Source: an uncultured virus (IMG/VR IMGVR_UViG_3300031088_000821) (taxonomy: Duplodnaviria; Heunggongvirae; Uroviricota; Caudoviricetes). From it: 64,000 nucleotides of DNA. The notes beneath the pieces are model-generated. The model saw only the letters and a program-made list of their open reading frames with translations. It made no database searches and was not told the origin of the DNA. Position 1 is the first letter of the stretch; each line of letters starts with the position of its first letter. Of the stretch, positions 1 through 10,305 are shown in pieces. Made by a program: the position numbers and the translations under genes. Location: the IMG/VR virus record IMGVR_UViG_3300031088_000821; one strand, 5' to 3'.

Positions 1-150
1 CTCCTCACAGACTACAGGTACACCGTGCTAAACGGTGAAGTCACCCCCAAGAACCAGAGCTTCATTCGGGCCTATGAGCGTAGCCGCGTGAACGAGTCTG
101 GTGATCTGGTGGACACAGAGGATGTAGCTGCAGCTAGAGGACTCAAGTAG
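1..150 (+). CDS. 3' end of a CDS entering from the left (…DVAAARGLK*), unknown product
   Basis: Frame 1 is open from base 1 to TAG at 148-150, 4 nt before the next ATG. Confidence 0.6.
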   Translation, partial: LLTDYRYTVLNGEVTPKNQSFIRAYERSRVNESGDLVDTEDVAAARGLK

Positions 151-154
151 CCCC

Positions 155-1009
155 ATGGATAAGAAAAAGTTCATTCTCTATAGCTCCATTTTGGCGGCTA
201 TAGCGGTGATTGCTCTGGGTTTCTTCCTTTGGCCTCAAGCCACTACACTCGATGATGATCTCGCGGGCGGTTCCTATGAGATTAGCAAAGAAGATAAGCT
301 CCAAATCGAACTAGCAGCCTCCAACTTTGTAGGACTTGCAGGCATCATGGGTATCGATGTGGAAGCTGCACAGCAGGGAGAGGGAATCAGCGCCGAAAAG
401 GCTGAAATGCTGGTTGTGAGCCAGGCTCTCAACTTCTCCGCCCCCAATGGCGCCAGTGACTACGATGGACTTCTCTATTTCCTCTCCGCCACTCGCGCCT
501 ACGAATCTGCCGCTGAGGTCTTTCTTCCCGGCTCAACGAGCTTTCCCACAGCTGGCAACACAGGCTCTGTGAACAATGAGCTGCTGACTGAAGATCTCGT
601 AAGCTTTCACAGCTCCTATCTGTCCACGGAGTTTCCCTCTCGTGGATCCTATTACGTGCCAAGCGGAGCGGATGCAGAGGCAGCGCTACCTTCGGTCACA
701 GTTGTCGTTTCCACGGATTCGGAGATAAGTTCCCGAAAGATGACAGATTTTGAGGCTGATGGCACAGCGACCATGGCGAAGACGAGCTGGGAAGGAACAC
801 ACCAGACTAAGCTCAGATTTGTAAAAGATGGGGATAGTTGGCTCATCGAGTCTGTGATAACTATGGATGATGGCTTCCCCGTTTTCCCGATGGAGACCGA
901 AGAGCTCACCAGGGGCAATCTCCAGCTGGCCCTGGAAAAGGGCCACACCACGGAGAGCCGAGTCCAGCTCTTCTCCAATTCCGACGAAGAGACCCAAACA
1001 GAGGAGTAA
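155..1009 (+). CDS. Hypothetical protein with N-terminal membrane anchor
   Basis: 284-aa ORF; basic N-terminus followed by a hydrophobic helix; tight packing with neighbours. Confidence 0.75.
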   Translation: MDKKKFILYSSILAAIAVIALGFFLWPQATTLDDDLAGGSYEISKEDKLQIELAASNFVGLAGIMGIDVEAAQQGEGISAEKAEMLVVSQALNFSAPNGASDYDGLLYFLSATRAYESAAEVFLPGSTSFPTAGNTGSVNNELLTEDLVSFHSSYLSTEFPSRGSYYVPSGADAEAALPSVTVVVSTDSEISSRKMTDFEADGTATMAKTSWEGTHQTKLRFVKDGDSWLIESVITMDDGFPVFPMETEELTRGNLQLALEKGHTTESRVQLFSNSDEETQTEE

Positions 1010-1011
1010 GC

Positions 1012-1659
1012 ATGGCTGAAAACAAACCTCATACAGATGGCGATCTAACGGCCGCTAATACCGAAGATGATGTGACTGTCGATGGCGCCGCAGAAGTCGC
1101 TCAGACAGCGTCCTCGAGCCATCTAGAGGCCCAACAAGACAAATCCGATGAGAGCATCGCGCTCCAGGAGCAGCTGTTGGAGGACCTCGACAGCCAGGAG
1201 CCAGAAGGGGAAGCCCTCGAGGGGAGCCCCACCAAATCGGACGACTACTTCGAAGATGACGAGCTCGCCCTCTCCCGAGATGAAATCCTTTCGGAAGATA
1301 GCTCTTCGGTTATAGCGAAACAACAGGAGGGGGTTGTCTCCTGGGAGATATCGGGCGTCTATGACGAGAACGGCAAAGTTCGAAGCAAGTACGCTCTGCG
1401 AAATAGTCCTCCTTTGCTACAGGTGAGAGACTCGCTGGGCAATCAGGCTGATTTCCTTCTAACCAAAGATCTTTCTGGCTCTTTGGCTAAAAACTTCGAT
1501 GATCTTCACAGAGCCTACTACGGCATTAGACCTCGCTCAGAAATGACCACTAGGGAAAAGCTCGGTGAGATCAAATCGGGGCTCCGAGATCACATGGGTA
1601 AAGTCATCGTGGTGGGCGGAATACTTTTGGCGCTCATCGTGTTTGGCATTTTTTACTAA
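1012..1659 (+). CDS. Hypothetical acidic protein with C-terminal TM helix
   Basis: GAGGAG RBS; ends VIVVGGILLALIVFGIFY. Confidence 0.75.
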   Translation: MAENKPHTDGDLTAANTEDDVTVDGAAEVAQTASSSHLEAQQDKSDESIALQEQLLEDLDSQEPEGEALEGSPTKSDDYFEDDELALSRDEILSEDSSSVIAKQQEGVVSWEISGVYDENGKVRSKYALRNSPPLLQVRDSLGNQADFLLTKDLSGSLAKNFDDLHRAYYGIRPRSEMTTREKLGEIKSGLRDHMGKVIVVGGILLALIVFGIFY

Positions 1660-1755
1660 GTCCGATCCATCGTTCAGCCAGACAGACATCGCCCAACTAA
1701 TGGGAGCGTCAGCCCTTAGCTCAGCGATATTGGCTGTCATCTATAAGCTTCAGCC

Positions 1756-2292
1756 TTGGAAGGGTGGAAATCTGTGTCTAGCTCGCCTGGCATCAGCGCT
1801 TCAGAGGTGAGGATAGCCAAGAAAATCGCCTATAAGATATGGGCTAAAAAGGCTCTGCGAGCCATCTTGGGCCTCTTCGTTGTGGCGCTCATTGGCTATG
1901 CGCTCATAGCGGCCACCATGACTCGCTTCGTACCCACTAATTTGGGTGTGGTGGAAGTTGTTTCCCCCAACTTCCCCGGGGGCCAAGCTAACCCTGGAAC
2001 AGTAGTGCTCATAGATCCCACAAAGAGCTACGATCCAAAAAACATTTTCACCAATCTTCTCATGGCAATTAGCCCCCACGCTAATGTGCTCAAAGTGGAG
2101 ATCCTCGAAGGACCCTACGGAACTACGAATTGGGATAAGTACGACATTGATAGAGCCGAGGACTCTCCCCTCGATGGCGAGTACGTTTTCAAATGTCTAG
2201 AAGGCTGTGGCCAGGGTGAAGACACCATCACATATGGGGCGATGGATCCCCTATGGATTCTTGGCGTTCCTGTTGATAGAGAGGCTAGCTAA
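1756..2292 (+). CDS. Hypothetical single-TM protein (start may be GTG at 1774)
   Basis: TM segment AILGLFVVALIGYALIAA; operon packing. Confidence 0.7.
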   Translation: MEGWKSVSSSPGISASEVRIAKKIAYKIWAKKALRAILGLFVVALIGYALIAATMTRFVPTNLGVVEVVSPNFPGGQANPGTVVLIDPTKSYDPKNIFTNLLMAISPHANVLKVEILEGPYGTTNWDKYDIDRAEDSPLDGEYVFKCLEGCGQGEDTITYGAMDPLWILGVPVDREAS

Positions 2293-2294
2293 CT

Positions 2295-2603
2295 ATGGCG
2301 ATGTTCGAGGAGCTCTTTAGCCGCCGCAAGCAAGCGCGAACGAAGAGGGTGGAGCGAGAAGTCGACGCTATCACAAAAAAGAGTGGCAAGAGTCGCCGAA
2401 ATCCCCACTCTTCCATGACTGTGACCGCCTATCTCTGGGGCGCACGGTCCATAGTCACAGTAATCATTCTCATTGGTTTGGTTATCATAGGTATTCAGGG
2501 GTATGGCCTCGTAGATGATTTTCTTGTCCACTCTCCGGGATCCTCCACTCAGGAGCTCACCGGTGACAGTAGCGGAAACCCAGGGAAAGATTCTACCAAT
2601 TGA
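2295..2603 (+). CDS. Small hypothetical membrane protein
   Basis: One TM helix; GAGG RBS. Confidence 0.65.
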   Translation: MAMFEELFSRRKQARTKRVEREVDAITKKSGKSRRNPHSSMTVTAYLWGARSIVTVIILIGLVIIGIQGYGLVDDFLVHSPGSSTQELTGDSSGNPGKDSTN

Positions 2604-2643
2604 CTATCTTCCTGGTAACGGGAGCTAGAGACGGGTTGAAAGC

Positions 2644-3054
2644 ATGAGCAATAGGCGCATGGAGCTACAGCAGCTATTGGATAGCGTCGCAGTGGCAGAG
2701 CACCCGTCTGGGCAGACCTCCGAGAAGATCCGCTCCATCATCCTCGAAGACCCCGAATACGCTCGCGGCTTTTTCAGCAGCATTGTCTCCAGAATGATGA
2801 AAATACTCTCCCCCGTTGTGAGCAAACAGGACGGCAGACCTTTTCACCTAGAGGCCGCTATAGTGGGCATCGAGGCTAAAGACCCCCGCTTGGTTCTTGG
2901 ATTGTCCTTTTGCCCCAAAAGAGGGGATGATGAAGAAGCCCTTGAGGCTCTTCTCGCCGAAGAGATCGTGGGGGTAGCCTCCATGCGGGGCTTCAAAGAT
3001 CTGCTGAGAGCGGTTGCTATCAACGGTTCTTTGAGGTTTTCCCAAAAGCCTTGA
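2644..3054 (+). CDS. Hypothetical protein
   Basis: 136-aa ORF in the co-oriented gene array. Confidence 0.6.
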   Translation: MSNRRMELQQLLDSVAVAEHPSGQTSEKIRSIILEDPEYARGFFSSIVSRMMKILSPVVSKQDGRPFHLEAAIVGIEAKDPRLVLGLSFCPKRGDDEEALEALLAEEIVGVASMRGFKDLLRAVAINGSLRFSQKP

Positions 3055-3111
3055 GCGCTAGCCATAAGCAATAGTCACAGACGATATAGTTCTACCTACG
3101 AAGGAGAGGCT

Positions 3112-3552
3112 ATGAATGCTGACGAGACTACTGGGTCACCTCGAAAATCACCGAGGATCATACCGCGAGCGACAATGGTTGATGTTGTAGCTCCATCATC
3201 TAGCGGAGGAATCTCTGCCAAAAATCTTGCCTTCATAGCGCAGCTCAACGGAGAGCTACGCGCCGCAGGAGTCCTTGGCGATGGCGACACCATGAGGGGC
3301 ATCCACGACGAGGATGAGATTTCGGAAGTTCTCAGGGATGCCGAAGAGCGATCTCTTTCGGAAGAGGAACTCAATCCCGAGTACTACAATCCTCGGCTTG
3401 ACCAAGAGCTCATGGCTCTGGACGCCGATGAAATAAATCCCCTCATGCAGAAGTTCGATGACTATGAGGGTCTCGACTATAATCCTGCCTTCAGGGCTCG
3501 CGACCGCAGAGCCAGCATCCTCGAAGGAAGCAAAAAGCGAAGAAAGATCTAA
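3112..3552 (+). CDS. Hypothetical protein
   Basis: AAGGAGAGG RBS; 146-aa ORF. Confidence 0.7.
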   Translation: MNADETTGSPRKSPRIIPRATMVDVVAPSSSGGISAKNLAFIAQLNGELRAAGVLGDGDTMRGIHDEDEISEVLRDAEERSLSEEELNPEYYNPRLDQELMALDADEINPLMQKFDDYEGLDYNPAFRARDRRASILEGSKKRRKI

Positions 3553-3582
3553 CCAATCGATCTACAAGCGCCTAGGCCCGAG

Positions 3583-3611
3583 TTGACAGTCCCCATTTCC
3601 CGTATTACAAT
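3583..3611 (+). promoter_or_regulatory. Near-consensus housekeeping sigma-70 promoter for the RpoD-like gene
   Basis: TTGACA (3583-3588), 17 nt spacer, TACAAT (3606-3611). Confidence 0.75.
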
Positions 3612-3762
3612 GGGAATAACGGGTCATCGATCCCGCCCAAAGCGCTAGAGGTGGGTTCATGGCCCTTATGTGTTTCCAGGTCAACTATCTGGAACCAGTG
3701 GCATGAGCTTTCATCTCTCCTCCCCCGACTAAAGCCCCGACTAGCACAAAGAGACACACAGA

Positions 3763-4962
3763 ATGAACCAAGAGCAGCAGATTAGCACTCCCGGTAAGTG
3801 GCAGATCAAGGCCGCCCCCTACCTCAGCCTTGAGGAGGAGCTTGCCCACGGAGAACTCATTCAGAAGAAGCTGGCTGCAGAATACGCCCAGCTTCTGGAA
3901 TCAGAATCCTTTGAGAGCTATGAAAAGCTCAAAGCGGAAACCAATGGCGGTTTGAAGGCCATGGATATCAAGCGTCGCCAGCAGGTGTCTTCGGCTCTCG
4001 CTGGCGAGCTCAATGGTAAGGAAATCGATAAGCTCATGGGCTGGGCGGATTCCCTGGAGTCCTTTGGCCCCGAAGCGGTGGCCATTCTCAAGGATGGCTG
4101 GACACCAGAGAAGATCCAGAGCTTTGAAACGCTCTGCCAAAAGCGCGGCATTTCAGTGGGAATCCACGCGGGCAATAGCGCCATGACAGCCCGAGAGCGC
4201 TCTATGGCTATCAGCCGGGGCAATAGGGCGGCAGATTCTCTGGTCCGATCCAACGTGAAGCTGGTCTATAGCGAAGCCAATAAGCAGGCTCGCGCCCTTA
4301 ACCGCATGGGCGACTTCGAAGAGATGGCCTCAGCTGGCCTCATTGGCCTTTGGAAGGCTGTCCTTAAGTATGATCCCCGCAGGGGCAACAAGTTCTCCAC
4401 AGTAGCTACCCATTGGATTCGCCAGTCCATTGTCCGCGAGAACAACAACACTTCCAGGCTCGTGAGACTTCCAGAGAACAGGATTGCGGACCTAACCAAT
4501 CTGCTCCGATTCCGGCGGGAGCTTCCAGACGGCACTACGGAAGCTGAATTCCTGGAGCAAGCCTCAAAGAAATTCAAGCTCACCCCCGAAAAGATCGAAG
4601 AGATCTCCAATGCGGCAAACCGCCACACTTCTCTCAACAAGCCCGTGGGGGATGACGGAGAAAAGGAGCTACTCCACTACGTGGCTGGCGCTGCAGAGCC
4701 CGCCGAGGAGAGAGCGGTCGAGAACCAGATGATGACCATTCTCAATGAGGCCATCGACTCTCTGGAGCTCGATGAGGCTAGGATTCTCTCCAATGCTTTC
4801 AAGATGAGCCATTTCGGCGAAGAGCCTCAGACAGTCGCCGACTATTGCCGTGTGAATAAGATCACCTCTTCCCATTACCGTCGAGTTTCTTCGCGGGCAA
4901 TCGCCAGGGTTCGAGAAGTTCTGGACTCCTACGGCGTAGAATTTGGAGACTTCTTCGACTGA
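3763..4962 (+). CDS. RNA polymerase sigma-70 factor, RpoD/SigA-like
   Basis: Region 2 motifs LVRSNVKLV, AGLIGLWKAVLKYDPRRGNKFSTVATHWIRQSI and SRLVRLP; region 3 SLNKPVGDDG; divergent region 4. Confidence 0.9.
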   Translation: MNQEQQISTPGKWQIKAAPYLSLEEELAHGELIQKKLAAEYAQLLESESFESYEKLKAETNGGLKAMDIKRRQQVSSALAGELNGKEIDKLMGWADSLESFGPEAVAILKDGWTPEKIQSFETLCQKRGISVGIHAGNSAMTARERSMAISRGNRAADSLVRSNVKLVYSEANKQARALNRMGDFEEMASAGLIGLWKAVLKYDPRRGNKFSTVATHWIRQSIVRENNNTSRLVRLPENRIADLTNLLRFRRELPDGTTEAEFLEQASKKFKLTPEKIEEISNAANRHTSLNKPVGDDGEKELLHYVAGAAEPAEERAVENQMMTILNEAIDSLELDEARILSNAFKMSHFGEEPQTVADYCRVNKITSSHYRRVSSRAIARVREVLDSYGVEFGDFFD

Positions 4963-5044
4963 CATTCCGAGGGTATAACATAGGATCTCCGACTTGCGTT
5001 AGGGTGAACCAATCGTTCGCAGCAATCCATAATAGGTAGGTCCC

Positions 5045-5350
5045 ATGGCGAAGTCCACCCGAGCCAACAAAGTCGCTGTAGCCTTTCATATTCCAGCAGA
5101 CTACTCTACGGAGAAAGCGCTCCTAGAGCTCAATCCAACCATCGAAGATCTCTTTGGAGCTGATGCCCGTAGAGTGAAGACAACTGTGTCGATTGTGGAT
5201 GAAGTTATGTGGGCCATAGATGGCCCACTTCTAGAGAACCATGACACCAAAGAGGCTTTTTTCAAAAACCTCCAGCGGCTACTCGTTCGAACTGCGATTT
5301 ACGAACCCCACTTCACTCAACTTCCCAGCTTTGATGAGAGCGAGCTCTAA
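5045..5350 (+). CDS. Hypothetical protein
   Basis: AGGTAGG RBS; stop abuts the next ATG at 5352. Confidence 0.6.
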   Translation: MAKSTRANKVAVAFHIPADYSTEKALLELNPTIEDLFGADARRVKTTVSIVDEVMWAIDGPLLENHDTKEAFFKNLQRLLVRTAIYEPHFTQLPSFDESEL

Positions 5351-5351
5351 G

Positions 5352-6632
5352 ATGTCAGTATCAGCAATGATGGGCCCTTCTGTCTACACGAAGGCTCAAC
5401 TCGCCAAGGAACCGGTCGATTTTAGAATCGAGGCCATTGTTTCCGATGGCATGTGGTACTCCATTGAGAAGTGGAAGAGGCTGGCGAGTGTTACCGAAGA
5501 GCAGCTTCAAGACTGGATTGACCGGGGGCTCAAAGGTGGCTATCTTCACCAATCTAAGACGGGAGCAAAGTCCTATCGGGTGGGCCACGAATATGTGAAT
5601 GAGTGGTACAGGAAACATCCAGTACCCCCAGGTAAGCAGCTGTTGAGTTTTCTCTTCCCTCCTCGACTCTGGGGTGGCATCACAGAGGTGGAAGGGTTCC
5701 TTCAGGCTCCTCTCCGGGAAATCAGCATTGTCTCCTTTATCTGCTCTTCGGAGGTGGCGGCAGAGGTCACTGAGGCGCTTCGAGGTGTGGCTCGGGTGCG
5801 AGTTGATCGCAGGGGAGACTACAAGGCCTACGGCCTTTCTGTGCCATACATCAAATCCATCATCGAGGGTGTCTTTGCGAAGTACCCATCTTCGGAAACT
5901 GGAAGAATCTATTCCCGCAATAAGTTCTTTCGCAGGGAAATGGTGGATTTCCCCAAGGCCTATGCAAATGAGATCGTGAACTTCTATGTGGAGTTCAGCA
6001 AGTCTCTTACGAAATCCCAAAAGGAAACCATACAGATCTTCCTCCCCAACCCCGAGGATCAGAAGACACAGATGGTGATCTGGGTAATAACCGCCATAGA
6101 GAAGCTCGACGAGAAAGCTTCGGTGCCCTTTAGTGGGTATCTGGATTCCGTGCTCAAGAGGTGGCCTTTTGATCTACCCATGGATCTCCTCGGCAAGGAC
6201 CTCAGCTCCTTTCAGAGGGAAAGATCGAAGGCTATAGCCAGGCTTCGGGAAAAGCACGGCGAAGATAACGCCAAGAGCTTCCCAGCTGCGGAGATTGCCC
6301 TGGAGATGGGCATCAACACAGAAGAGTTCTCGGATTTTGAAGAGAGCCATAAGGCTTGGGCGCGATCTCAAAACGCTACGAGCCTCACCTGGGCTGAGAC
6401 CTCCGAAGAAAAGCCCGCAGAGGATCTCATGACTGCAACCTCCTCTTCCTTCGATTTTGGTCTCGCCCACAGAATCTCCAAGGCCGCCGTAGAAGCCGCT
6501 CTGAAAACGGGCCACTATGACGATGCCTTCGCTATCATGGAACAGCTCGATATTCACGATGTGGACATGGCTAGGATAGAGGAGCTTTCTCCTGAGTTCA
6601 TAGTAGCGCTAGGAGAGGCTCTCACAGATTAG
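5352..6632 (+). CDS. Divergent sigma-70-like protein with long N-terminal extension
   Basis: VITAIEKLDEKASVPFSGYL resembles sigma region 2.2-2.3; FPAAEIALEMGINTEEF resembles the region 3 HTH. Start moved to ATG 5352 to avoid overlap. Confidence 0.55.
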   Translation: MSVSAMMGPSVYTKAQLAKEPVDFRIEAIVSDGMWYSIEKWKRLASVTEEQLQDWIDRGLKGGYLHQSKTGAKSYRVGHEYVNEWYRKHPVPPGKQLLSFLFPPRLWGGITEVEGFLQAPLREISIVSFICSSEVAAEVTEALRGVARVRVDRRGDYKAYGLSVPYIKSIIEGVFAKYPSSETGRIYSRNKFFRREMVDFPKAYANEIVNFYVEFSKSLTKSQKETIQIFLPNPEDQKTQMVIWVITAIEKLDEKASVPFSGYLDSVLKRWPFDLPMDLLGKDLSSFQRERSKAIARLREKHGEDNAKSFPAAEIALEMGINTEEFSDFEESHKAWARSQNATSLTWAETSEEKPAEDLMTATSSSFDFGLAHRISKAAVEAALKTGHYDDAFAIMEQLDIHDVDMARIEELSPEFIVALGEALTD

Positions 6633-6645
6633 GAGTAAGAAACCA

Positions 6646-7077
6646 ATGGCTGAACTTTCTCCCGCAGAGAGGGATTTCCTGAGCACCAGCGCTCAGGGAA
6701 GATCCTATCTTTCAGGGGAGAAGCCCGAGCCTCGTAGGACTGTCCGCGAACAGGCGTCTTCGAAGCTCGGAGAAATAGGTGCGGGACTTATTAGATCCAT
6801 ACCTCTCATCCTAGGAATAGCCACCATCGCCGCCACTGTGATTTTGGTCTATTTTTACTTCATGGTAAGCACCTATTTGGGGGGAAACACCAGCGAATCT
6901 TTGGAGTCTCTGAAGTCCTATGGGGGCGCTCTTCAGCTAGATGATTCCACTATCAGTGCTCTCGAGTCACTGGAGAGTCTCCAGCAGACTCTTCCTTGGA
7001 TCATTTTTGGAGCACTTTCCGTGGGGTTTGTCTTGACGGTGCTTTCCTTCTACATAATCAGGAGAAAAAATGGCTAA
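6646..7077 (+). CDS. Hypothetical 2-TM membrane protein
   Basis: Two hydrophobic helices; AGGAG RBS. Confidence 0.7.
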   Translation: MAELSPAERDFLSTSAQGRSYLSGEKPEPRRTVREQASSKLGEIGAGLIRSIPLILGIATIAATVILVYFYFMVSTYLGGNTSESLESLKSYGGALQLDDSTISALESLESLQQTLPWIIFGALSVGFVLTVLSFYIIRRKNG

Positions 7078-7747
7078 GAAATCGACCAGCCTCAGCGACC
7101 TCGAACGGTCCAAGGGAGTAAGGATCACGCCTCTCTACAAGGTGCTTTTTGCTCTGCTTCTAGTGCTAGTCATCGGAGCAGGTTTCTTTGCTGTGTCTCA
7201 GTCTATTTCCGCCAATAGCGCTAAAACCCAAGAGGACCCCACGGCTGTGGAGCAGATGGATAGGACTCTCTCGGGTAAGAGCCTCGATGAAGACCGGGCA
7301 GACGCCCTGGCATCAGCCACCGCCCTTCTCCAGGCCACCGGCGCCACCCAGGACCTAGAGGAGACCGAGGTCACCGTTGAGAAGATGGATGGTGGCGATT
7401 TCAGCATGTTGCCAGAAGACTTCGATTCACGGGTCAGGTACTACGACTCCTATGCGGGGGATGAGGCCTTTAAAAACGAGGTGAGGATAAGCGTCTTCAC
7501 CCTGGCTGCCTATGCAAAAAACGCGGCGAAGACGGATGAACTTGCACCCGACGCTGGCAGGCTATCAACCGTGAGAGTCGACCAGGAGACTGGCATCGCT
7601 CAGGTGCCCTTGGAGCTCTATTTCGGCAGCTCAAATCTGCTGAGCCTGGAGATGGTCTATGTGGACGGCCAATGGCTCTTGGAGCCCCACAGTCTCACTA
7701 GCTACATTCGTCTTTCCTACCTCTCTTCCCAGCAGTCCTCGGAGTAG
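7070..7747 (+). CDS. Hypothetical membrane-anchored extracytoplasmic protein
   Basis: N-terminal TM; overlaps the upstream stop; AGGAG RBS. Confidence 0.7.
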   Translation: MAKKSTSLSDLERSKGVRITPLYKVLFALLLVLVIGAGFFAVSQSISANSAKTQEDPTAVEQMDRTLSGKSLDEDRADALASATALLQATGATQDLEETEVTVEKMDGGDFSMLPEDFDSRVRYYDSYAGDEAFKNEVRISVFTLAAYAKNAAKTDELAPDAGRLSTVRVDQETGIAQVPLELYFGSSNLLSLEMVYVDGQWLLEPHSLTSYIRLSYLSSQQSSE

Positions 7748-7769
7748 CCGAGAGTTCGGAAAGGGCAAT

Positions 7770-7925
7770 CTCAGCACCGCGTCTAGAAGCGTGCAGATAG
7801 CGCCGCTCTAGATCGACTTCAGCGCTGTAAAAACTGCCATTGGCGGCCCAAGGCCCACTTCGCATGATGATGCGCAAGTGGTCTATTTTCACCAAAAGTT
7901 CGCATTTTCAGCAGCTGTTTTCAGC
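7770..7925. repeat. Long imperfect intergenic hairpin element upstream of sbcC, related to 29686-29835
   Basis: CCACTTCGCAT-GATG-ATGCGCAAGTGG stem; CGCATGATGAT-N16-TTCACCAAAAGTT shared with 29776-29815. Confidence 0.6.
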
Positions 7926-7986
7926 GGCCAATCTACGTTAGGATGGCAATGATTTTAGCACACTGCTATAGGCTAGGAGCAGAGAT

Positions 7987-10251
7987 TTGAGCCTACTACT
8001 GAAGAGCATCGAGCTCTCCAACATTAGATCCCATGAGCACTTCATTTTTGAGCCAGCGGAGGAAGGCCTCACGGCCATTTCTGGCCCTACGGGTTCGGGG
8101 AAGTCCACCATCGTGGACTCTTTGGCTTGGACTCTCTTCGGCACTAAGCCAAAGGGCGTAAGCAAGAACTCCGCCATCGCCCGCGAAGGCATGGATTTCA
8201 AGGAGGATCGCTGCTTTTCCCGCATTGAAATCTATCTGGGAGAGGATCTCCTCAAGGTGGAGCGGAAGATGATCTCCAAGGGCGGGGCAGCTGCCTGCAA
8301 TGTTTGGCAATGGGATGGAGACCAGGAAGAGTGGACCCACATGGCTGGAGAGTCGGTGTCCCACGCTGAAGCCTACATTCGCAAGCGGCTAAAAATGGAC
8401 GAAAAGGGCTTTCTCACCTCCGTGCTGGTCCAGCAGAAGCAGGTGGATCAGCTGATCTCCGCCGGGCCTCCCGAGCGGGCAAGGGTCATCGAAAAGCTCA
8501 CGGGAATCTCCGCCATCAGCGCGGGCATTGTGGCGGCTAGGCAGGAGCAAAACAGCATTAAGAAGGCCACCCAGCTCTCCAATGTCGATGAGTCGGAGTA
8601 TGCCGCAGTCAAAGCTAGTTTGGCCAAAGAAAAGGAGTCTTTGAACGCGCTAAAGGAGCGCTATGGGAAGGCCCAGGTCAAAATCAAAGAGGCCAAAGAA
8701 AAGCTCTCTAGCCAGGAAGACAGACTAGAGCTGGAGGAGGCCAATTTCAGCGAAACAAGCGAAGCTCGCAGGGAGCTCGAGTCCCTCGAAGTGAAGATCG
8801 AATCTCTTGAGTCTATTCTCGAAGAAGCTATCGAAGAAAAGAACGAGCTCCGCGGTAAAGTGCCGCAAGGCGCTCAGGGTGGAGACTTCGAAGAGTCAAC
8901 CAGGAAAATAAACGCTTTGCGCCGTAATCTAGCAGAGCATAAGGCGGCTTCAAAGTCGAACGAACGGCAAACAGCTATCTCTAGGAAATCCCTCGAAGAG
9001 CTGCAGAAAAATCTGTCAGCTCTTCCAGAGGTAGATAGTGCTATCACCATTGAGTCCCTCGAAGAGAAGCAAAAAGAGCTGGAAGCAGTAGAAAAAGATT
9101 CATACAGCGCCGCTAAAAAGCTCGATGGGAAAATAACGCAGCTAGAAAGCGCTATTGAGGTTGTTTCCCATGGAGATAACTGCCCAACTTGTTTGCAGAA
9201 AGTGGAAGATGTAAAAGCCGCTGTGCAGTCTCTCGAAGCTTCCCTAGAGGGCTATAGATCTACTAAGAATAGCCATTTGGAGGACTCTGAAAAGGCTTCT
9301 AAAAAGATTCTGAAGATCAGAGAGCAAATCAAGAATCTCAATGCTCGCTCAGATTACGAAGAGGCCATTAGGGATACGGAAAGTGAGCTCGAAGGGCTTG
9401 TTAGTGCCCTCAGGGAAATTAGCTCTTCTGTAAAAAAGGAGGAGGTCGAGCTCAAGGCCCTTGAAAAAATCCATCGGGGCTTAGAAGCCGAAGAATCCAA
9501 CAGGCGGCTCTATGCCGCCTCTCTGAAGAGGGTTCAGAAGACCATAGAGGACATTGAAAAGCTCAAGGCTAAACGAGCTAATGCTGAGGCGTTGGTGGCT
9601 AACTCTAAAGCCCTATCCGAATCAAAGCTCAACAGCTTTAGGAAAAAGACCTATGAGCTCAGAAATCGCTACCAAGCGATGGTAGTTGCCATCAGCGAGA
9701 TCAAGTCCGATGCGCGGCTATTGAACCAATCCATTAAGCATCTGGATGAGAAGAAGGCTCTGCTTAAGCGCGAGCTCAAAAAGCACAAAGATCTGTTGAA
9801 ATCTCTGGAGACATCAACTCTCACCCTGGAGACTCTCACAGAGTTCCGTGCAAACAGGGTGAAGACAGTGCTTCCGGCAATTGAGGCCACAGCTTCGGAG
9901 CTTTTGAGTAGATTTACAGATGGCAAGTTTATTGGCTTGAAGCTCGATGAGAAATTCAATGCTAGTGTAGTTCTTTCATCGGGCGTCGAACGGCCCGTGG
10001 GGCTTCTCTCGGGTGGTGAGCTCTCCGCTGCCTCCATTGCCCTGAGGTTGGCTATTAGCACCATGCTGAATGGCTCCGATGGCAGAGGACTCATCATTCT
10101 CGACGAGGTGCTTGTCTCCCAGGATGCGGATAGATCTGATCTCATTCTTTCCACAATTGGCGATGTCTGTGAGGGGCAGGTAGTTCTCATTGCTCACGGT
10201 GAGGGAGTGACCGCCATTGCCGACAAAAAGGTGGAGATGGCGACTTCCTAG
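7987..10251 (+). CDS. sbcC: SbcC/Rad50-family SMC-like ATPase
   Basis: Walker A GPTGSGKS, long coiled coil, zinc hook CPTC, signature LSGGE, Walker B LIILDE. Confidence 0.88.
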   Translation: MSLLLKSIELSNIRSHEHFIFEPAEEGLTAISGPTGSGKSTIVDSLAWTLFGTKPKGVSKNSAIAREGMDFKEDRCFSRIEIYLGEDLLKVERKMISKGGAAACNVWQWDGDQEEWTHMAGESVSHAEAYIRKRLKMDEKGFLTSVLVQQKQVDQLISAGPPERARVIEKLTGISAISAGIVAARQEQNSIKKATQLSNVDESEYAAVKASLAKEKESLNALKERYGKAQVKIKEAKEKLSSQEDRLELEEANFSETSEARRELESLEVKIESLESILEEAIEEKNELRGKVPQGAQGGDFEESTRKINALRRNLAEHKAASKSNERQTAISRKSLEELQKNLSALPEVDSAITIESLEEKQKELEAVEKDSYSAAKKLDGKITQLESAIEVVSHGDNCPTCLQKVEDVKAAVQSLEASLEGYRSTKNSHLEDSEKASKKILKIREQIKNLNARSDYEEAIRDTESELEGLVSALREISSSVKKEEVELKALEKIHRGLEAEESNRRLYAASLKRVQKTIEDIEKLKAKRANAEALVANSKALSESKLNSFRKKTYELRNRYQAMVVAISEIKSDARLLNQSIKHLDEKKALLKRELKKHKDLLKSLETSTLTLETLTEFRANRVKTVLPAIEATASELLSRFTDGKFIGLKLDEKFNASVVLSSGVERPVGLLSGGELSAASIALRLAISTMLNGSDGRGLIILDEVLVSQDADRSDLILSTIGDVCEGQVVLIAHGEGVTAIADKKVEMATS

Positions 10252-10305
10252 ATCGCCGCGATATGGGTTCTCGTAGTCTAGAAGCCGTGGAAGGACATTT
10301 TTAGC

